Shown here: positions 1 through 9,147 of the stretch, in pieces
Layout: the number at the start of each line of letters is the position of its first letter
Numbering within the stretch: position 1 is the first letter of the stretch
IMG/VR virus record: IMGVR_UViG_3300038478_000018
Location: 1-57,321 of that record
Reading direction: 5' to 3' (one strand)
Length of the DNA: 57,321 bases
Origin: a virus
Lineage: Duplodnaviria > Caudoviricetes
Position numbers and translations under genes: made by a program
Notes under the pieces: generated by a model
Seen by the model: only the letters and a program-made list of their open reading frames with translations
Database searches by the model: none
Told to the model about the DNA's origin: nothing

Positions 1-184
1 CTGCTTGAGATAGAGTTTCTCCGTCGCTCGGACATCCTGTATGTTATACTTCTTGAGTTCCGCCCAGGCCGCGGGGTTGTCTTTCATGCACTCGAGCCAT
101 AACTCGATCCCCGGAAAGCGCTTGTGCCTAGATTTCGGCGTGTTGGTTAGATGCTTTGACTGCCACTCGAGCTTGTTGGACGTG
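1..184. repeat. Terminal direct repeat, left copy (circular overlap)
   Basis: Matches 57138-57321 except C128 vs T57265. Confidence 0.97.
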
Positions 185-570
185 AACTTGAAATACTTGC
201 GAGCCGCGCTCAAGGTATCGATAACGCGAATCGGGGAATAGGGACCAAAACCGTGCTCTATGAGTCTGGCGTTGATTTTTTTGATATCAAACGACACACC
301 GTTTTGTGCAACCACTATATCGGTTTCGTCCAGTAATTTCCATAACTGTGCACACAATTTCTTATCGTCGCGCACATACTTGACGCCGCGACCGGATGTA
401 TCCGCGTATATCACCCCCCGTTTGCCCAACCATTTCGCGGCATAGGATAGGATTGACCATTCTGTCTCGATCATATCAAGCCCTATCTGTTGATCCCAAA
501 GGCCCCAGTGATACGATCGCAGCGGCGTGCTTTCGATATCTAAAGTTAGTACCCTAGGCTGTGCCATCAT
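1..570 (-). CDS. DEDD/RNase H-like 3'-5' exonuclease, 5' part (continues across the junction to 56922; ~261 aa)
   Basis: Hand translation from ATG 570: MMAQPRVLTLDIESTP...AQNGVSFD...YNIQDV with no stop; ExoI/II/III motifs; missing from the ORF track because it runs off the end. Confidence 0.88.
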   Translation of the reverse strand, partial: MMAQPRVLTLDIESTPLRSYHWGLWDQQIGLDMIETEWSILSYAAKWLGKRGVIYADTSGRGVKYVRDDKKLCAQLWKLLDETDIVVAQNGVSFDIKKINARLIEHGFGPYSPIRVIDTLSAARKYFKFTSNKLEWQSKHLTNTPKSRHKRFPGIELWLECMKDNPAAWAELKKYNIQDVRATEKLYLKQ

Positions 571-1933
571 TCATCCTTCGGGCACGCGCCCGCTTTAATG
601 CAGCTTCAACTGATATCTTCCCTTCATTGCTCGCAATTACATCGCTCTCTATAGTCCCCGCTGCGCTGATATCCCAGATCCTGACCACTCGTTTATAGCC
701 GGCCTGCGCTTGACGCGCGGGGCCGCAGCGCTCGATCATCTGCTGACGTAGCTCCGCGTTCCACACGTAACTATAAAAAACAATATCTCTCCCTCCCCGG
801 TGTAGTGATATCCCATAAGCCGACTGTTCGTGTAGAAGGAGAAGTTTGATCCTACCGGCGTTGAAGTCTTCCTGTTCACGGCTACCGTTATACGCGACGG
901 CTCCTGGAAACGCTTGAATAATTCGCTCTTTATCAAAGCGCCACCAGTAAGTGACAATGAGCGGTTCATCCCCCGTCTGCTCGATAATGTCAGCAAGGGC
1001 CTCAACTTTCGCATCGTGTACGTGATGCGCGGTTCCAGTATCGTCATATACGCTCCCCGAGCACATTTGCAGCAGCTTGAAACTCTTCGCGGCGGCGGTG
1101 CCTGCCTCTATGTCCTTATCATTCAGCGACAGAAAGTAGTCCTTCTCCATCGCGTCGTATTGCTCTCGTGCTTTCAAGGGCATCTTAAACGCAATTGGGA
1201 TCACTTGAGGGCACAAAACATCTAGCCAGTCCTCAACCCTGAAAGCAACCATGCGATCAGATACCGCCTCGTGGATACGCTTCTCGGCGCCGTACTGCAT
1301 CGTGATCTTGTGCGTGTACTCATTTTCGATGAAGTTCTGCTGCATGAAGTGCGTGTACGTGCGGCCAAGGCGTTCTCCGTAATCTATAAACCACATCTGG
1401 CCCCAAAGATCCTGCAGGCCGTTCGGTGTCGGTGTGCCCGTGAGGTTCCACCAGCGCTCAGTGTGCTTCGCTATCTTGGCAAGCGCGCCTGCGCGCACGC
1501 CGCCTTTGTTGAGGCGGAAGGACTTGAGCTTGGAGCACTCATCAGCTATTACGGTCTTGAAGGGCCATGGCCGATTACCAAATTGATTCACGAGCCACTG
1601 CACGTTCTCGTAGTTTATGACATAAACACCCGCGGGCTTCTCCAGCGCCTGAAGGCGCTCTCGCTGATTGCCTAGGATCTTCACCACTTGAATATGCTTG
1701 AATTCTTCCCATTTCTCTTGCTCGCCGGTCCACACTACATCTGCCACACGCTTGGGCGCGAGCACCAGGGCGGGGAAATAGTTGGAACCAGCGAGCATCA
1801 AAAGATCCAAAGCAGAAAACACCATAGATGTCTTGCCCAAGCCGGGGTCCGCGACCAACATGCAACGCTTATGGTCTATCAGGAACTTAGTTCCGAGGCG
1901 CTGGTACGGGTGCGGTGTGAAATGCTCAGTCAC
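554..1933 (-). CDS. SNF2-like superfamily 2 helicase
   Basis: PGLGKT Walker A, IADECS motif II, LTGTP motif III; follows VRR-NUC gene. Confidence 0.92.
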   Translation of the reverse strand: MTEHFTPHPYQRLGTKFLIDHKRCMLVADPGLGKTSMVFSALDLLMLAGSNYFPALVLAPKRVADVVWTGEQEKWEEFKHIQVVKILGNQRERLQALEKPAGVYVINYENVQWLVNQFGNRPWPFKTVIADECSKLKSFRLNKGGVRAGALAKIAKHTERWWNLTGTPTPNGLQDLWGQMWFIDYGERLGRTYTHFMQQNFIENEYTHKITMQYGAEKRIHEAVSDRMVAFRVEDWLDVLCPQVIPIAFKMPLKAREQYDAMEKDYFLSLNDKDIEAGTAAAKSFKLLQMCSGSVYDDTGTAHHVHDAKVEALADIIEQTGDEPLIVTYWWRFDKERIIQAFPGAVAYNGSREQEDFNAGRIKLLLLHEQSAYGISLHRGGRDIVFYSYVWNAELRQQMIERCGPARQAQAGYKRVVRIWDISAAGTIESDVIASNEGKISVEAALKRARARRMNDGTA

Positions 1934-2225
1934 GTTCGTATTTAACCCGCATCTTGATCATAAACAAAGTTACCTCTTCCAAGCTCCGCACCACGTACAC
2001 GTCCATGCCGCGCTTGCGCCACCAGTCATGTCGGCGCAACTGGTGCGGCTCAGGCTCAACATCTTCAGCCCACTTCGTCTCCACCAGGCACTGATAGCGG
2101 GAAGGAAAGCTGAGTAGCCGATCCGGCTCCCCCCTCACTGTACCCCGGAACTTCGCACACGCTCCCCCCACCGCCTCCACCCGCTTCTGGAGAAAGCGTT
2201 CCACTTTGTTTTCCCGCTGCGCCAT
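1926..2225 (-). CDS. VRR-NUC domain nuclease
   Basis: RENKVE...GEPDRL...LVETK...PHQ PD-(D/E)xK pattern; usual position before SNF2 helicase. Confidence 0.88.
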   Translation of the reverse strand: MAQRENKVERFLQKRVEAVGGACAKFRGTVRGEPDRLLSFPSRYQCLVETKWAEDVEPEPHQLRRHDWWRKRGMDVYVVRSLEEVTLFMIKMRVKYERD

Positions 2226-2421
2226 ATTGACTATCCTTGATTCCTATCACCTCTTGCCCGAACTGCGCGCACCCCTGCATCCACGCTTCGGCTTCCGAGC
2301 GATCAGCGAAGGAGGCGACCCATACATCCTCGAGCTTGCCGCCGAAAATATGCTGTGGCGAAGTATCGGATTCGGCTTTAACAACGAAAGTCTTGGGCCA
2401 GACGGGCTCATAGGAACTCAC
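2065..2421 (-). CDS. Hypothetical protein
   Basis: Start overlaps upstream stop; last ~160 nt overlap VRR-NUC, so the 3' end is uncertain. Confidence 0.45.
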   Translation of the reverse strand: MSSYEPVWPKTFVVKAESDTSPQHIFGGKLEDVWVASFADRSEAEAWMQGCAQFGQEVIGIKDSQYGAAGKQSGTLSPEAGGGGGGSVCEVPGYSEGGAGSATQLSFPLSVPGGDEVG

Positions 2422-2621
2422 GTATTAGCCCCCTTACTTAGTTCAGCCAAAAGCGCGTCCGCGAACGCTACCGCACGAGCGGCCGCCTCTTTAGGCGTAT
2501 AACCTATGTTGATCTGCGGTGCGATAAAGCGACACGCGAAGTATTCGCGTTTTGAAAGCCCGTAGGCGTACATCCCCACATGTAATATAGGGAACGCAGC
2601 ATGATCATAGTTATGGCTCAT
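2418..2621 (-). CDS. Small phage protein (AFP...GLSKREYFA family)
   Basis: Recurrent phage motif; ATGA coupling. Confidence 0.7.
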   Translation of the reverse strand: MSHNYDHAAFPILHVGMYAYGLSKREYFACRFIAPQINIGYTPKEAAARAVAFADALLAELSKGANT

Positions 2622-2827
2622 ATAAGATCCTCGTTTCCCTTGACGCTCTCGTGGCGCAGAATCCGGCCGTCACGGTCGGTGACGGGATATTCATCGGCGA
2701 GTGCCAAGTTGGGCCAGTGCAGCTCGGCGCCGTTGCGGGGCGTAATGTCGCGCGTCCGCCCCAATGCCGTAGTTTGACTGTCGTCAAAGATGTTAATATC
2801 CTGTTTCGTTAGATTCTGTACACTCAT
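2618..2827 (-). CDS. Hypothetical protein
   Basis: Coupled to polymerase stop, GGAGG SD. Confidence 0.6.
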   Translation of the reverse strand: MSVQNLTKQDINIFDDSQTTALGRTRDITPRNGAELHWPNLALADEYPVTDRDGRILRHESVKGNEDLI

Positions 2828-5067
2828 TTACCCTCCCGCTTACCATACCTTGGGAAATTCCACGCATCCGCCGCCAGCGGTAGACCATCGGACCACGGAA
2901 ACGGAGCCGTCATTATTTTCTTCAAGCGCTCCGGCGAATAGCTGCCAATCGGCAGATCAAGCACGATCTCATCATGAACGCAGAGACTTATCGCTGTACG
3001 TTCGTTCTCCGGTAGAGTCTGTAGATACCGAAGCACTTCAGGCACCAGAAGCGTATCCATGTGCACTCGGTCCTTTGCCCAACGTAGCACGTCATGTGCG
3101 GTCGCTTGAACTATGTTCTCAAGCCACAGGCCGCTCCACGCCTTCTCGCGCCGCCAGTTCTTGCCGCGCGCGGTGATATAGGTAACAGTCTCGCGCTTAT
3201 GGATCTTCTTGACCGTGATGTCCTCATCCGGCTCATGCGTAACTTCTATCCGAGGTGATGCGTACATAAGCCGCCGGCCGCTAGGTAACTCGATTATGAG
3301 CCACTTGCCCGTGCACCACACCTTGCAGCGGCCAACAGAATACGCTATTTGGTTCGGTGCTTCGATAGAGTTACGTACCGCGGCGTCAATGTCATGCCTG
3401 AGCTGGTTTATTTTGCCGTTGGATTCGCGGTACGTTTGTTTGAGGACATCGCACGCTTGGTAGACTTTCGGTTCTAGGCCGAAGTCATTGCCTGAGATGA
3501 AAGCCCTTCGCCACATTTGATACGCCTTCTTCTTTTGGGCTTCTGTGGCACGCGGTAGCACGATGTCAGCGAGAGGGGTTAAATCCATTTGGTAGAGCGC
3601 GGCCGTAGCAACAAGCGCGCCGCAGCCCCCGCCAAAACCGAAACCGAGTTCTGCGGCCTTCCCGGACTGACGCTCTGTATCGTTTACATCAGCAATAGCG
3701 GTTCCAAAGAATTGCGAGAAAAGGAGTTTGTAGAGATCGTATCCTGTACCCCTATCATTAGCTCTATAAGCCTCTAACTTCCATTCCTCCCCCGCAAGCC
3801 ACGCAAGAACGCGGCTTTCAATGTTCTTCCAATCCGCAACCACAAGCTCATTGCCGGGGGCCGCTGTAATGACGTGTCGTAGAGCAAGCGCGCACGCTTC
3901 GTTAGGCCCACCGTAAACGAGTGGATTGCAAAGGGCAGCATGACTGTATATTCCGGGTATAATGACAGAATCAATGTAGTCTGCTTTGACTGGTGAGAGC
4001 TCGATCCGCCCATCCTCGCGACGCACGTTGAGCACAGGTCTAGCGAGATTTTGAGGTTGGAATCCTCGTCCAGAATCTCTACCAGTGCGACCGGCTCCGT
4101 TGAACTGGATAGTATGTCGCTGTCGGTTGCCTGGGCCCAACACTTTAAGCCCGCGTGTATACTTTGAGCCAGACGATTTAGATGCTTCAAGACGTTGCTC
4201 CAATAATAGGCGCGCTATGGGGTTTAAGTCATCATGCTCTAGCCACTCGCGCACCTCGCTAGCGCGCAGGTTCTCAATCTCTAAGCCATGTTTCTCGCGC
4301 AAGTAGTGCAGCAGACGGTTCCGCTGGGTCGCCGCGTGCACCTCGCCGGCCGATAGCGCGCTCATGTTGGCGTCGCTTTCGGTCTTTGCGAGCTTTAGGA
4401 ACTCTACGGCCGCGGCGGCTAATCGAGCGTCGAAACCGAAGCCCCGCTCATTTATGATCTGGTCCAAGTGATACGCGCGAAGGTTAAGCCCTTGGTAGTT
4501 GCACTGCGGGAGGCGCTTGTAGATTTCTCGAAGCGTGTGCGTATCCTGCATCGCATAGCGCGTGAAGGCCGCCCACTTCTCTGGGGTCTGCCAAGGCTCT
4601 ACGTACACGCCATTCCCGTTAGGGCTACAGAATAAATCAATTAGGTGCTTATCTTCTGCGCGCTTCTGGTCCGCTTCCTCAAGCCCCGACACGATCCCCA
4701 GTAGCTCGAGCGAGCCCGGTAGGCCGGCTGTGTAGGCTTGGGACCGTGTACAGCGCCAGCGTGAGAGCGGGATGTGAATCTTAAGGCTTCGTTGCAGCGC
4801 TAGACGGTCAAAGACAGCTGAGTGTGCGACGAAAATAACGTCAGGATTGGCGACGGCCACGGCAAAATCCGCGGGGGTTGCCGGATCTTGCCATGGCTCC
4901 CAAAGCTGCACCGGCTCATCGTGCCATACCCCATCAATGCATTTAGAGAATGCGTATGTGACTATTCGCACTTCGCAGGCGCGCGAATATAGATCCGTGC
5001 CGGCGCTAATATCTACAGCACTGCGCGTTTCCGTGTCGCACATGCAATACTTAGTCACGCGGCGCAA
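2824..5067 (-). CDS. polA: Family A DNA polymerase with 3'-5' exonuclease
   Basis: CDTETRS ExoI, AHSAVFD ExoII, ADWKNIESRVLAW motif A, RQSGKAAELGFGFG motif B, VHDE motif C. Confidence 0.95.
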   Translation of the reverse strand: MRRVTKYCMCDTETRSAVDISAGTDLYSRACEVRIVTYAFSKCIDGVWHDEPVQLWEPWQDPATPADFAVAVANPDVIFVAHSAVFDRLALQRSLKIHIPLSRWRCTRSQAYTAGLPGSLELLGIVSGLEEADQKRAEDKHLIDLFCSPNGNGVYVEPWQTPEKWAAFTRYAMQDTHTLREIYKRLPQCNYQGLNLRAYHLDQIINERGFGFDARLAAAAVEFLKLAKTESDANMSALSAGEVHAATQRNRLLHYLREKHGLEIENLRASEVREWLEHDDLNPIARLLLEQRLEASKSSGSKYTRGLKVLGPGNRQRHTIQFNGAGRTGRDSGRGFQPQNLARPVLNVRREDGRIELSPVKADYIDSVIIPGIYSHAALCNPLVYGGPNEACALALRHVITAAPGNELVVADWKNIESRVLAWLAGEEWKLEAYRANDRGTGYDLYKLLFSQFFGTAIADVNDTERQSGKAAELGFGFGGGCGALVATAALYQMDLTPLADIVLPRATEAQKKKAYQMWRRAFISGNDFGLEPKVYQACDVLKQTYRESNGKINQLRHDIDAAVRNSIEAPNQIAYSVGRCKVWCTGKWLIIELPSGRRLMYASPRIEVTHEPDEDITVKKIHKRETVTYITARGKNWRREKAWSGLWLENIVQATAHDVLRWAKDRVHMDTLLVPEVLRYLQTLPENERTAISLCVHDEIVLDLPIGSYSPERLKKIMTAPFPWSDGLPLAADAWNFPRYGKREGK

Positions 5068-5305
5068 CAGCCTTCACGTACTTATCCAACAGCTTCTCAA
5101 ACCTAACCCGCTTCCCCTCCGCATCGATCCGCGGATTCCGTATCAACCGCCGCAGCGCATCGGCGAACAAAAACACGCCCTTGTCCATAAACACTTTGAG
5201 CATATGCTGCCGTGCCCGCTTGCTTATCGCGCGCTCCTCGCCGTAACCGCGAAACGCCTTGCGTCCGCCGCGAAGGGCCGCGGTTCGTAGGTTCTTCTCC
5301 GTCAT
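5051..5305 (-). CDS. Hypothetical basic protein
   Basis: Strong SD AAGGAGG upstream. Confidence 0.65.
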   Translation of the reverse strand: MTEKNLRTAALRGGRKAFRGYGEERAISKRARQHMLKVFMDKGVFLFADALRRLIRNPRIDAEGKRVRFEKLLDKYVKAVAPRD

Positions 5306-5367
5306 GTGTCCTCCTTAAAAGGACGGGGGCCTTTCAATGTGCCCTCCTTAAAAGGACGGGGGCCTTT
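5304..5367. repeat. 31-bp direct duplication (5304-5334 and 5337-5367)
   Basis: atgtg(t/c)cctccttaaaaggacgggggccttt twice. Confidence 0.9.
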
Positions 5368-5380
5368 TGACGGCCCCCGT
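5348..5380 (-). terminator. Intrinsic terminator after ssb
   Basis: ACGGGGGCC-N7-GGCCCCCGT stem followed by CCTTTT. Confidence 0.65.
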
Positions 5381-5384
5381 TGGG

Positions 5385-6044
5385 TCAGATCAGACCACTG
5401 CCGCCAGAGGCGCCCACCGCGGCCGGGGCCGCGCCATCAGCCTCGCCGCTAACTAGCGAGAACTCGCTAGTGCTTGCCACGGGGGACCCGGCCAAGTGTG
5501 CGTCGTGACGCAGGAATTGCACGCCCAAGAGCGTGCTTGAAATTCCCTTGCCTCCTGTCAGATGATCATACGCCCAGAAATCGACAATCACGTTAGCGCG
5601 ACAGCCGGCGTAGGGGTACGAAGGATGTCCGGGCGTCAAGGAGCCGTCCTGGGTTGACAGGTTGATTCCGGCATCTGTGACCACGACATTAGGCTGCACG
5701 GAATTGCTCGCCGAAATGTAGAGCATACCAGCGAACTCCGGCTTCCCCGCTCGGGTGATATCGCCCCGGTGCAAAGCGAGCTTATCTTGCGCGGCGATTT
5801 GAGTAAGTACCTGCTCGGCGTCACTCTTCCACTTCTTCACGGCCGCAGCACGCATAAGCTCCTTGATGCGAGCTAGCTGTGGGTGAGTGGGTGCAAGGAT
5901 GAGGTCGGCGCGATACTTGCCAATCGGCTTGCCGGTCGCGGGGTCGATCTTTGCGTCTTTGCCGACGTAAGGCCGAATCAGCGACACGAACGCAAGGCGC
6001 ACATCTTGTATCATCAAAGTCAAAGGTTGATTGATTTCAGTCAT
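5385..6044 (-). CDS. ssb: Single-stranded DNA-binding protein (DUF2815)
   Basis: DVRLAF...YAGCRANV...GKGISSTLLGVQFLRHD signature. Confidence 0.88.
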   Translation of the reverse strand: MTEINQPLTLMIQDVRLAFVSLIRPYVGKDAKIDPATGKPIGKYRADLILAPTHPQLARIKELMRAAAVKKWKSDAEQVLTQIAAQDKLALHRGDITRAGKPEFAGMLYISASNSVQPNVVVTDAGINLSTQDGSLTPGHPSYPYAGCRANVIVDFWAYDHLTGGKGISSTLLGVQFLRHDAHLAGSPVASTSEFSLVSGEADGAAPAAVGASGGSGLI

Positions 6045-6105
6045 TATTAATCCTTAAAGTTACAGTCTACAGCTCAAACACGCAACGGATTACCCGGTGC
6101 GACCC

Positions 6106-6321
6106 TCATCCGCAAAACCTTAAGTTACCGTTGGGCGCGTCATAATACGCGGGGCAATCGTCTCGCTCTTGCCGCTTCAAGTTCTCCTGATCAAAGCTTT
6201 GATTCTTGGGCCTATGTGGCAGCCCCTTGGATTCTGAGTGCAAGCCGCCGATAGCGGCACAGAGTACGAGCAAAAGCGCGAGCGCATAAAGCGCCATAGC
6301 TACCTTAAAGGGCAGTCTCAT
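6106..6321 (-). CDS. Small membrane-anchored protein
   Basis: N-terminal hydrophobic helix. Confidence 0.5.
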   Translation of the reverse strand: MRLPFKVAMALYALALLLVLCAAIGGLHSESKGLPHRPKNQSFDQENLKRQERDDCPAYYDAPNGNLRFCG

Positions 6322-7507
6322 TCAAAACCTCGAATTGTGTCAGTTTGATCGGATCACGCTTATCATTCTCAGGTACCAGCGTCGGCGCGCCATCGGCCTG
6401 ACCTACCAGTTCTTTGAGAGCATCCATGCTCTTGTAGGCTTTCTTACCGATGACGCGCTCAATCTCCGTGGGGCTTACGAGCGCCCGCGGCTCGTAGAGC
6501 TTATCGTCCGGCACCGTCAACCCTAGCACCTCTTCCGCCTTCTTGGCATCCTTCCAGAATCGGCGCCCACGATTACCCTGTACAAGCTTGAATCCTTGGA
6601 TAGCGCGCCCCTGCAGCGCGCGGTCGTAGGCTTCCTTGCGAAAATCATGAATCGCGCTCTCAAGTTCATCTAGCTTGACATAGATATCCGCAAGCGTTAT
6701 ATCGTCGATCTCATGCTTGACAGCCAGCACTTGGAACATATCAACGATACGCTTAGCCCTAGCCGGGCACGAGCCCCGCACGGGGCACCACATGCACTGC
6801 TCTTCGCCCGCGTTTAGGTGGAAACGGGGGTCAAACGATTCGTTTCCGTAGTATAGATCGTATGCGAGCTTAGCAGCAGGCCGAATAATCGAAATGAAAT
6901 GCTCGATTTCCGCTCTGCTATAGGTCCATTCGTCGTAGTGATTGAGTCGCGGCTGATGGATACAGAACCTAACAGCCATGAACGGCGATAGGAGGTCGAA
7001 CTCGTATAAAGCGGCAGATCCATAAATAAGCCCCTGCAATTGGTTCTTAGCCCAGACAATATGCCCGGCCCCGTCTTTCAAGTCATGTACCGAGATCACG
7101 CCCTTATGCTCAACTCCGTCTATGACAACACTGCCCAACGGGTCTAAAGCTACACAATCCGCGTGCCCCGCTTGGTCCTCTATCCCCAGGATGGGGCTCG
7201 TATTCAGACGGTGCTCAACGAAGCGGTGTGAAGCTGGCTCCCGCAGCACGTTGTTAGCATATGCAAGCGCTCGGTCAATCCTATCTTGGTCAATTGTGAA
7301 CGTAAATCCTTCGACTATGTGCGTGTCCCCGACCTTGGGCGCACCCAAACCTTTCAATAGGCTCTCGCCGATGCTGTGCGTGCAGGTGCCGCTAGCGGCA
7401 TCTTTGCTTGCCTTCTTGTCCCGTCCCTTGGACAAAAGCAAGGCGCCCGCGCACCGCGCCCAGCGGGCGGCGTCGGAAGGCGCGAGCAGGGAGTGGGTGC
7501 CGCTCAT
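6305..7507 (-). CDS. DUF2800 Cas4-like PD-(D/E)xK exonuclease
   Basis: HSLLAPS..RWARC, GHADC, DLKDG, CMWCPVRGSC; ATG 7507 overlaps upstream TGA. Confidence 0.88.
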   Translation of the reverse strand: MSGTHSLLAPSDAARWARCAGALLLSKGRDKKASKDAASGTCTHSIGESLLKGLGAPKVGDTHIVEGFTFTIDQDRIDRALAYANNVLREPASHRFVEHRLNTSPILGIEDQAGHADCVALDPLGSVVIDGVEHKGVISVHDLKDGAGHIVWAKNQLQGLIYGSAALYEFDLLSPFMAVRFCIHQPRLNHYDEWTYSRAEIEHFISIIRPAAKLAYDLYYGNESFDPRFHLNAGEEQCMWCPVRGSCPARAKRIVDMFQVLAVKHEIDDITLADIYVKLDELESAIHDFRKEAYDRALQGRAIQGFKLVQGNRGRRFWKDAKKAEEVLGLTVPDDKLYEPRALVSPTEIERVIGKKAYKSMDALKELVGQADGAPTLVPENDKRDPIKLTQFEVLNETAL

Positions 7508-7914
7508 CCGATCTCCCGTGTCAAATCCCTCAGCGCCTCGCGCATCGTCGGCTGCTGTGATCCGTACTCGTAAAATGGCGCCAAGAGCCGCGCTACGGTC
7601 GCTATCTTCAAGCACGCATTACGGTTCCTATCCCCGCCGGCTTGTGCTCGGTACTCGGCTGCATGGGCTTTAAGCTCCTCTTGGTAGCGAAACGCCGCAT
7701 CGTCAATGTACTTACGCCACCACTTCTCGGGCCCGTAGCCGTTATGCTGCCGATAGCCGTGCTCTGCCTCGTGCGCTACGATCGCGGGCGGCAGGAAGTG
7801 GCCGCCTGGGTTGTAAATAATATCCCCAAAGGCGTAAATCACGCCGGGCGGCCTGTTAGGGAACGCCCGGCGGATCTCTTCGAGCATCGGAGGCTCTGCG
7901 ACCTCGATCCTCAC
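7504..7914 (-). CDS. HExxH zinc-metallopeptidase-like protein
   Basis: AHEAEHGYRQ...EELKAH. Confidence 0.6.
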   Translation of the reverse strand: MRIEVAEPPMLEEIRRAFPNRPPGVIYAFGDIIYNPGGHFLPPAIVAHEAEHGYRQHNGYGPEKWWRKYIDDAAFRYQEELKAHAAEYRAQAGGDRNRNACLKIATVARLLAPFYEYGSQQPTMREALRDLTREIG

Positions 7915-8327
7915 ACCAGCGACTCGTTCGATTTCTTAGCCTTCTCCGCCGCGATCCGCACCGTGGCGTTGTTCAAAAGCGCCGCAAGATCGCCCGGTTT
8001 GACTTGGCTAACCTTCTGAGCACCGAACTTCGCCATTTCCTCCACGGCCGCGTCGCGGCTGTAATTGTTGGCAAGATCAATAACGGCGTTAGCGGTCTGG
8101 GTCATAAGGTCAGGGGCACCAGGCGATACCGCCGCAGGTGTTGGCGCCGTAGCGGCGGGGGCAGCTGCTGAAGGCTGCGCCGCCGGAACAGCGGCAGCTG
8201 GCGCTGAGTCCGCTTTAGGTGCCTTTTTACCGCTCACCTTGGCCTCTACCTTTTGAACGTCCGACTTCACATGCGCAAGGAGCGCCTCCAAAGTCTCGGC
8301 AATCCGGGTCAGTAATGCGTCGCTCAT
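7911..8327 (-). CDS. Ala/Pro-rich linker protein typical upstream of DUF2800
   Basis: Start MSDALL at 8327 with GGAG SD; C-terminal KFGAQKVSQV motif. Confidence 0.7.
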   Translation of the reverse strand: MSDALLTRIAETLEALLAHVKSDVQKVEAKVSGKKAPKADSAPAAAVPAAQPSAAAPAATAPTPAAVSPGAPDLMTQTANAVIDLANNYSRDAAVEEMAKFGAQKVSQVKPGDLAALLNNATVRIAAEKAKKSNESLV

Positions 8328-8701
8328 CGTTTGCTCCAAGTAATGGTAGGAATAGTCGGGCGCTCGACGCTGGGCTTCGTATCCGGCTCCGCGCTCTCTT
8401 TCTCGGGCGGCGCACAAGGGATCTGCACGAGCATAAGCTTCGCGTTCGGGAATTTCTTCATAAGCGCCAAGGCGTCGTCTTTGGACATATTAAAGCCCAC
8501 ATACGCCCCATCGCTTTGCTCGGCTACGAAGCCACGAAGGGCGTTGCACTGAAGAACGGCAACAAAGCCCACCATTTGCACTTCGGTAGGCCGCGCCGTG
8601 CGCTCGAGCAGATACGCCACGCCGAACGCAACTAGGCCAACAGACAAGGCCGCAGAGGCTAAAATAAGCAATCTTTTCAAGTGATCTCCTTTAAGGCGCA
8701 T
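8324..8701 (-). CDS. Membrane-anchored hypothetical protein
   Basis: N-terminal TM helix; true start may be ~8680 (AAGGAG SD). Confidence 0.55.
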   Translation of the reverse strand: MRLKGDHLKRLLILASAALSVGLVAFGVAYLLERTARPTEVQMVGFVAVLQCNALRGFVAEQSDGAYVGFNMSKDDALALMKKFPNAKLMLVQIPCAPPEKESAEPDTKPSVERPTIPTITWSKR

Positions 8702-8705
8702 GCGC

Positions 8706-8745
8706 CCTATATTCTTAAAATACGCCGATCCGATTCAGTTTGCAA
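8706..8745 (-). promoter_or_regulatory. Sigma70-like leftward promoter
   Basis: TTGCAA-17-TATTTT; 20 bp GCGTATTTTAAGAATATAGG identical to 20861-20880. Confidence 0.7.
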
Positions 8746-8908
8746 GTGCTCTTTCTCGCCAAGCCAAGATCCGCGCTTCCACGGTCTGGAAGTCCGTGGG
8801 CGGCCCCTCGGCGATGGGCTTCGGTTCCGTGATGCCGCGGGCCTCCAAGAACTTCCGAGCGACGCTTAGCTTACCGCCGTAACGCTCCATAAACTCTGTA
8901 GTATTCAT
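8735..8908 (-). CDS. 57-aa protein ending in a PolA motif A-like peptide
   Basis: Hand translation MNTTEFMERY...TDFQTVEARILAWRERALAN; AAGGAGG SD, ATGA coupling. Confidence 0.7.
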   Translation of the reverse strand: MNTTEFMERYGGKLSVARKFLEARGITEPKPIAEGPPTDFQTVEARILAWRERALAN

Positions 8909-9147
8909 GCTGCCTCCTTAATGGCTTCATTCGCAATCTGCCGCGCTTGCGATGTATCGACTTGGGTCGCCCAGGAGAACTCCCGCACGACCACATCGTA
9001 GATCGCCTCCTGCACCGCAATGACCGCAAGCACGTAGGAGTTATGCTCCGTGCCGCCTTGCGCTAAGTTCGCTTCGTACTGCCGCCGCGCGATGCGTTGC
9101 AAATACGCCCGCGTATGGGGGTTAAAGTTGATCATTTCTGTATGCAC
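8905..9147 (-). CDS. Hypothetical protein
   Basis: Coupled ORF in leftward operon. Confidence 0.6.
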   Translation of the reverse strand: MHTEMINFNPHTRAYLQRIARRQYEANLAQGGTEHNSYVLAVIAVQEAIYDVVVREFSWATQVDTSQARQIANEAIKEAA

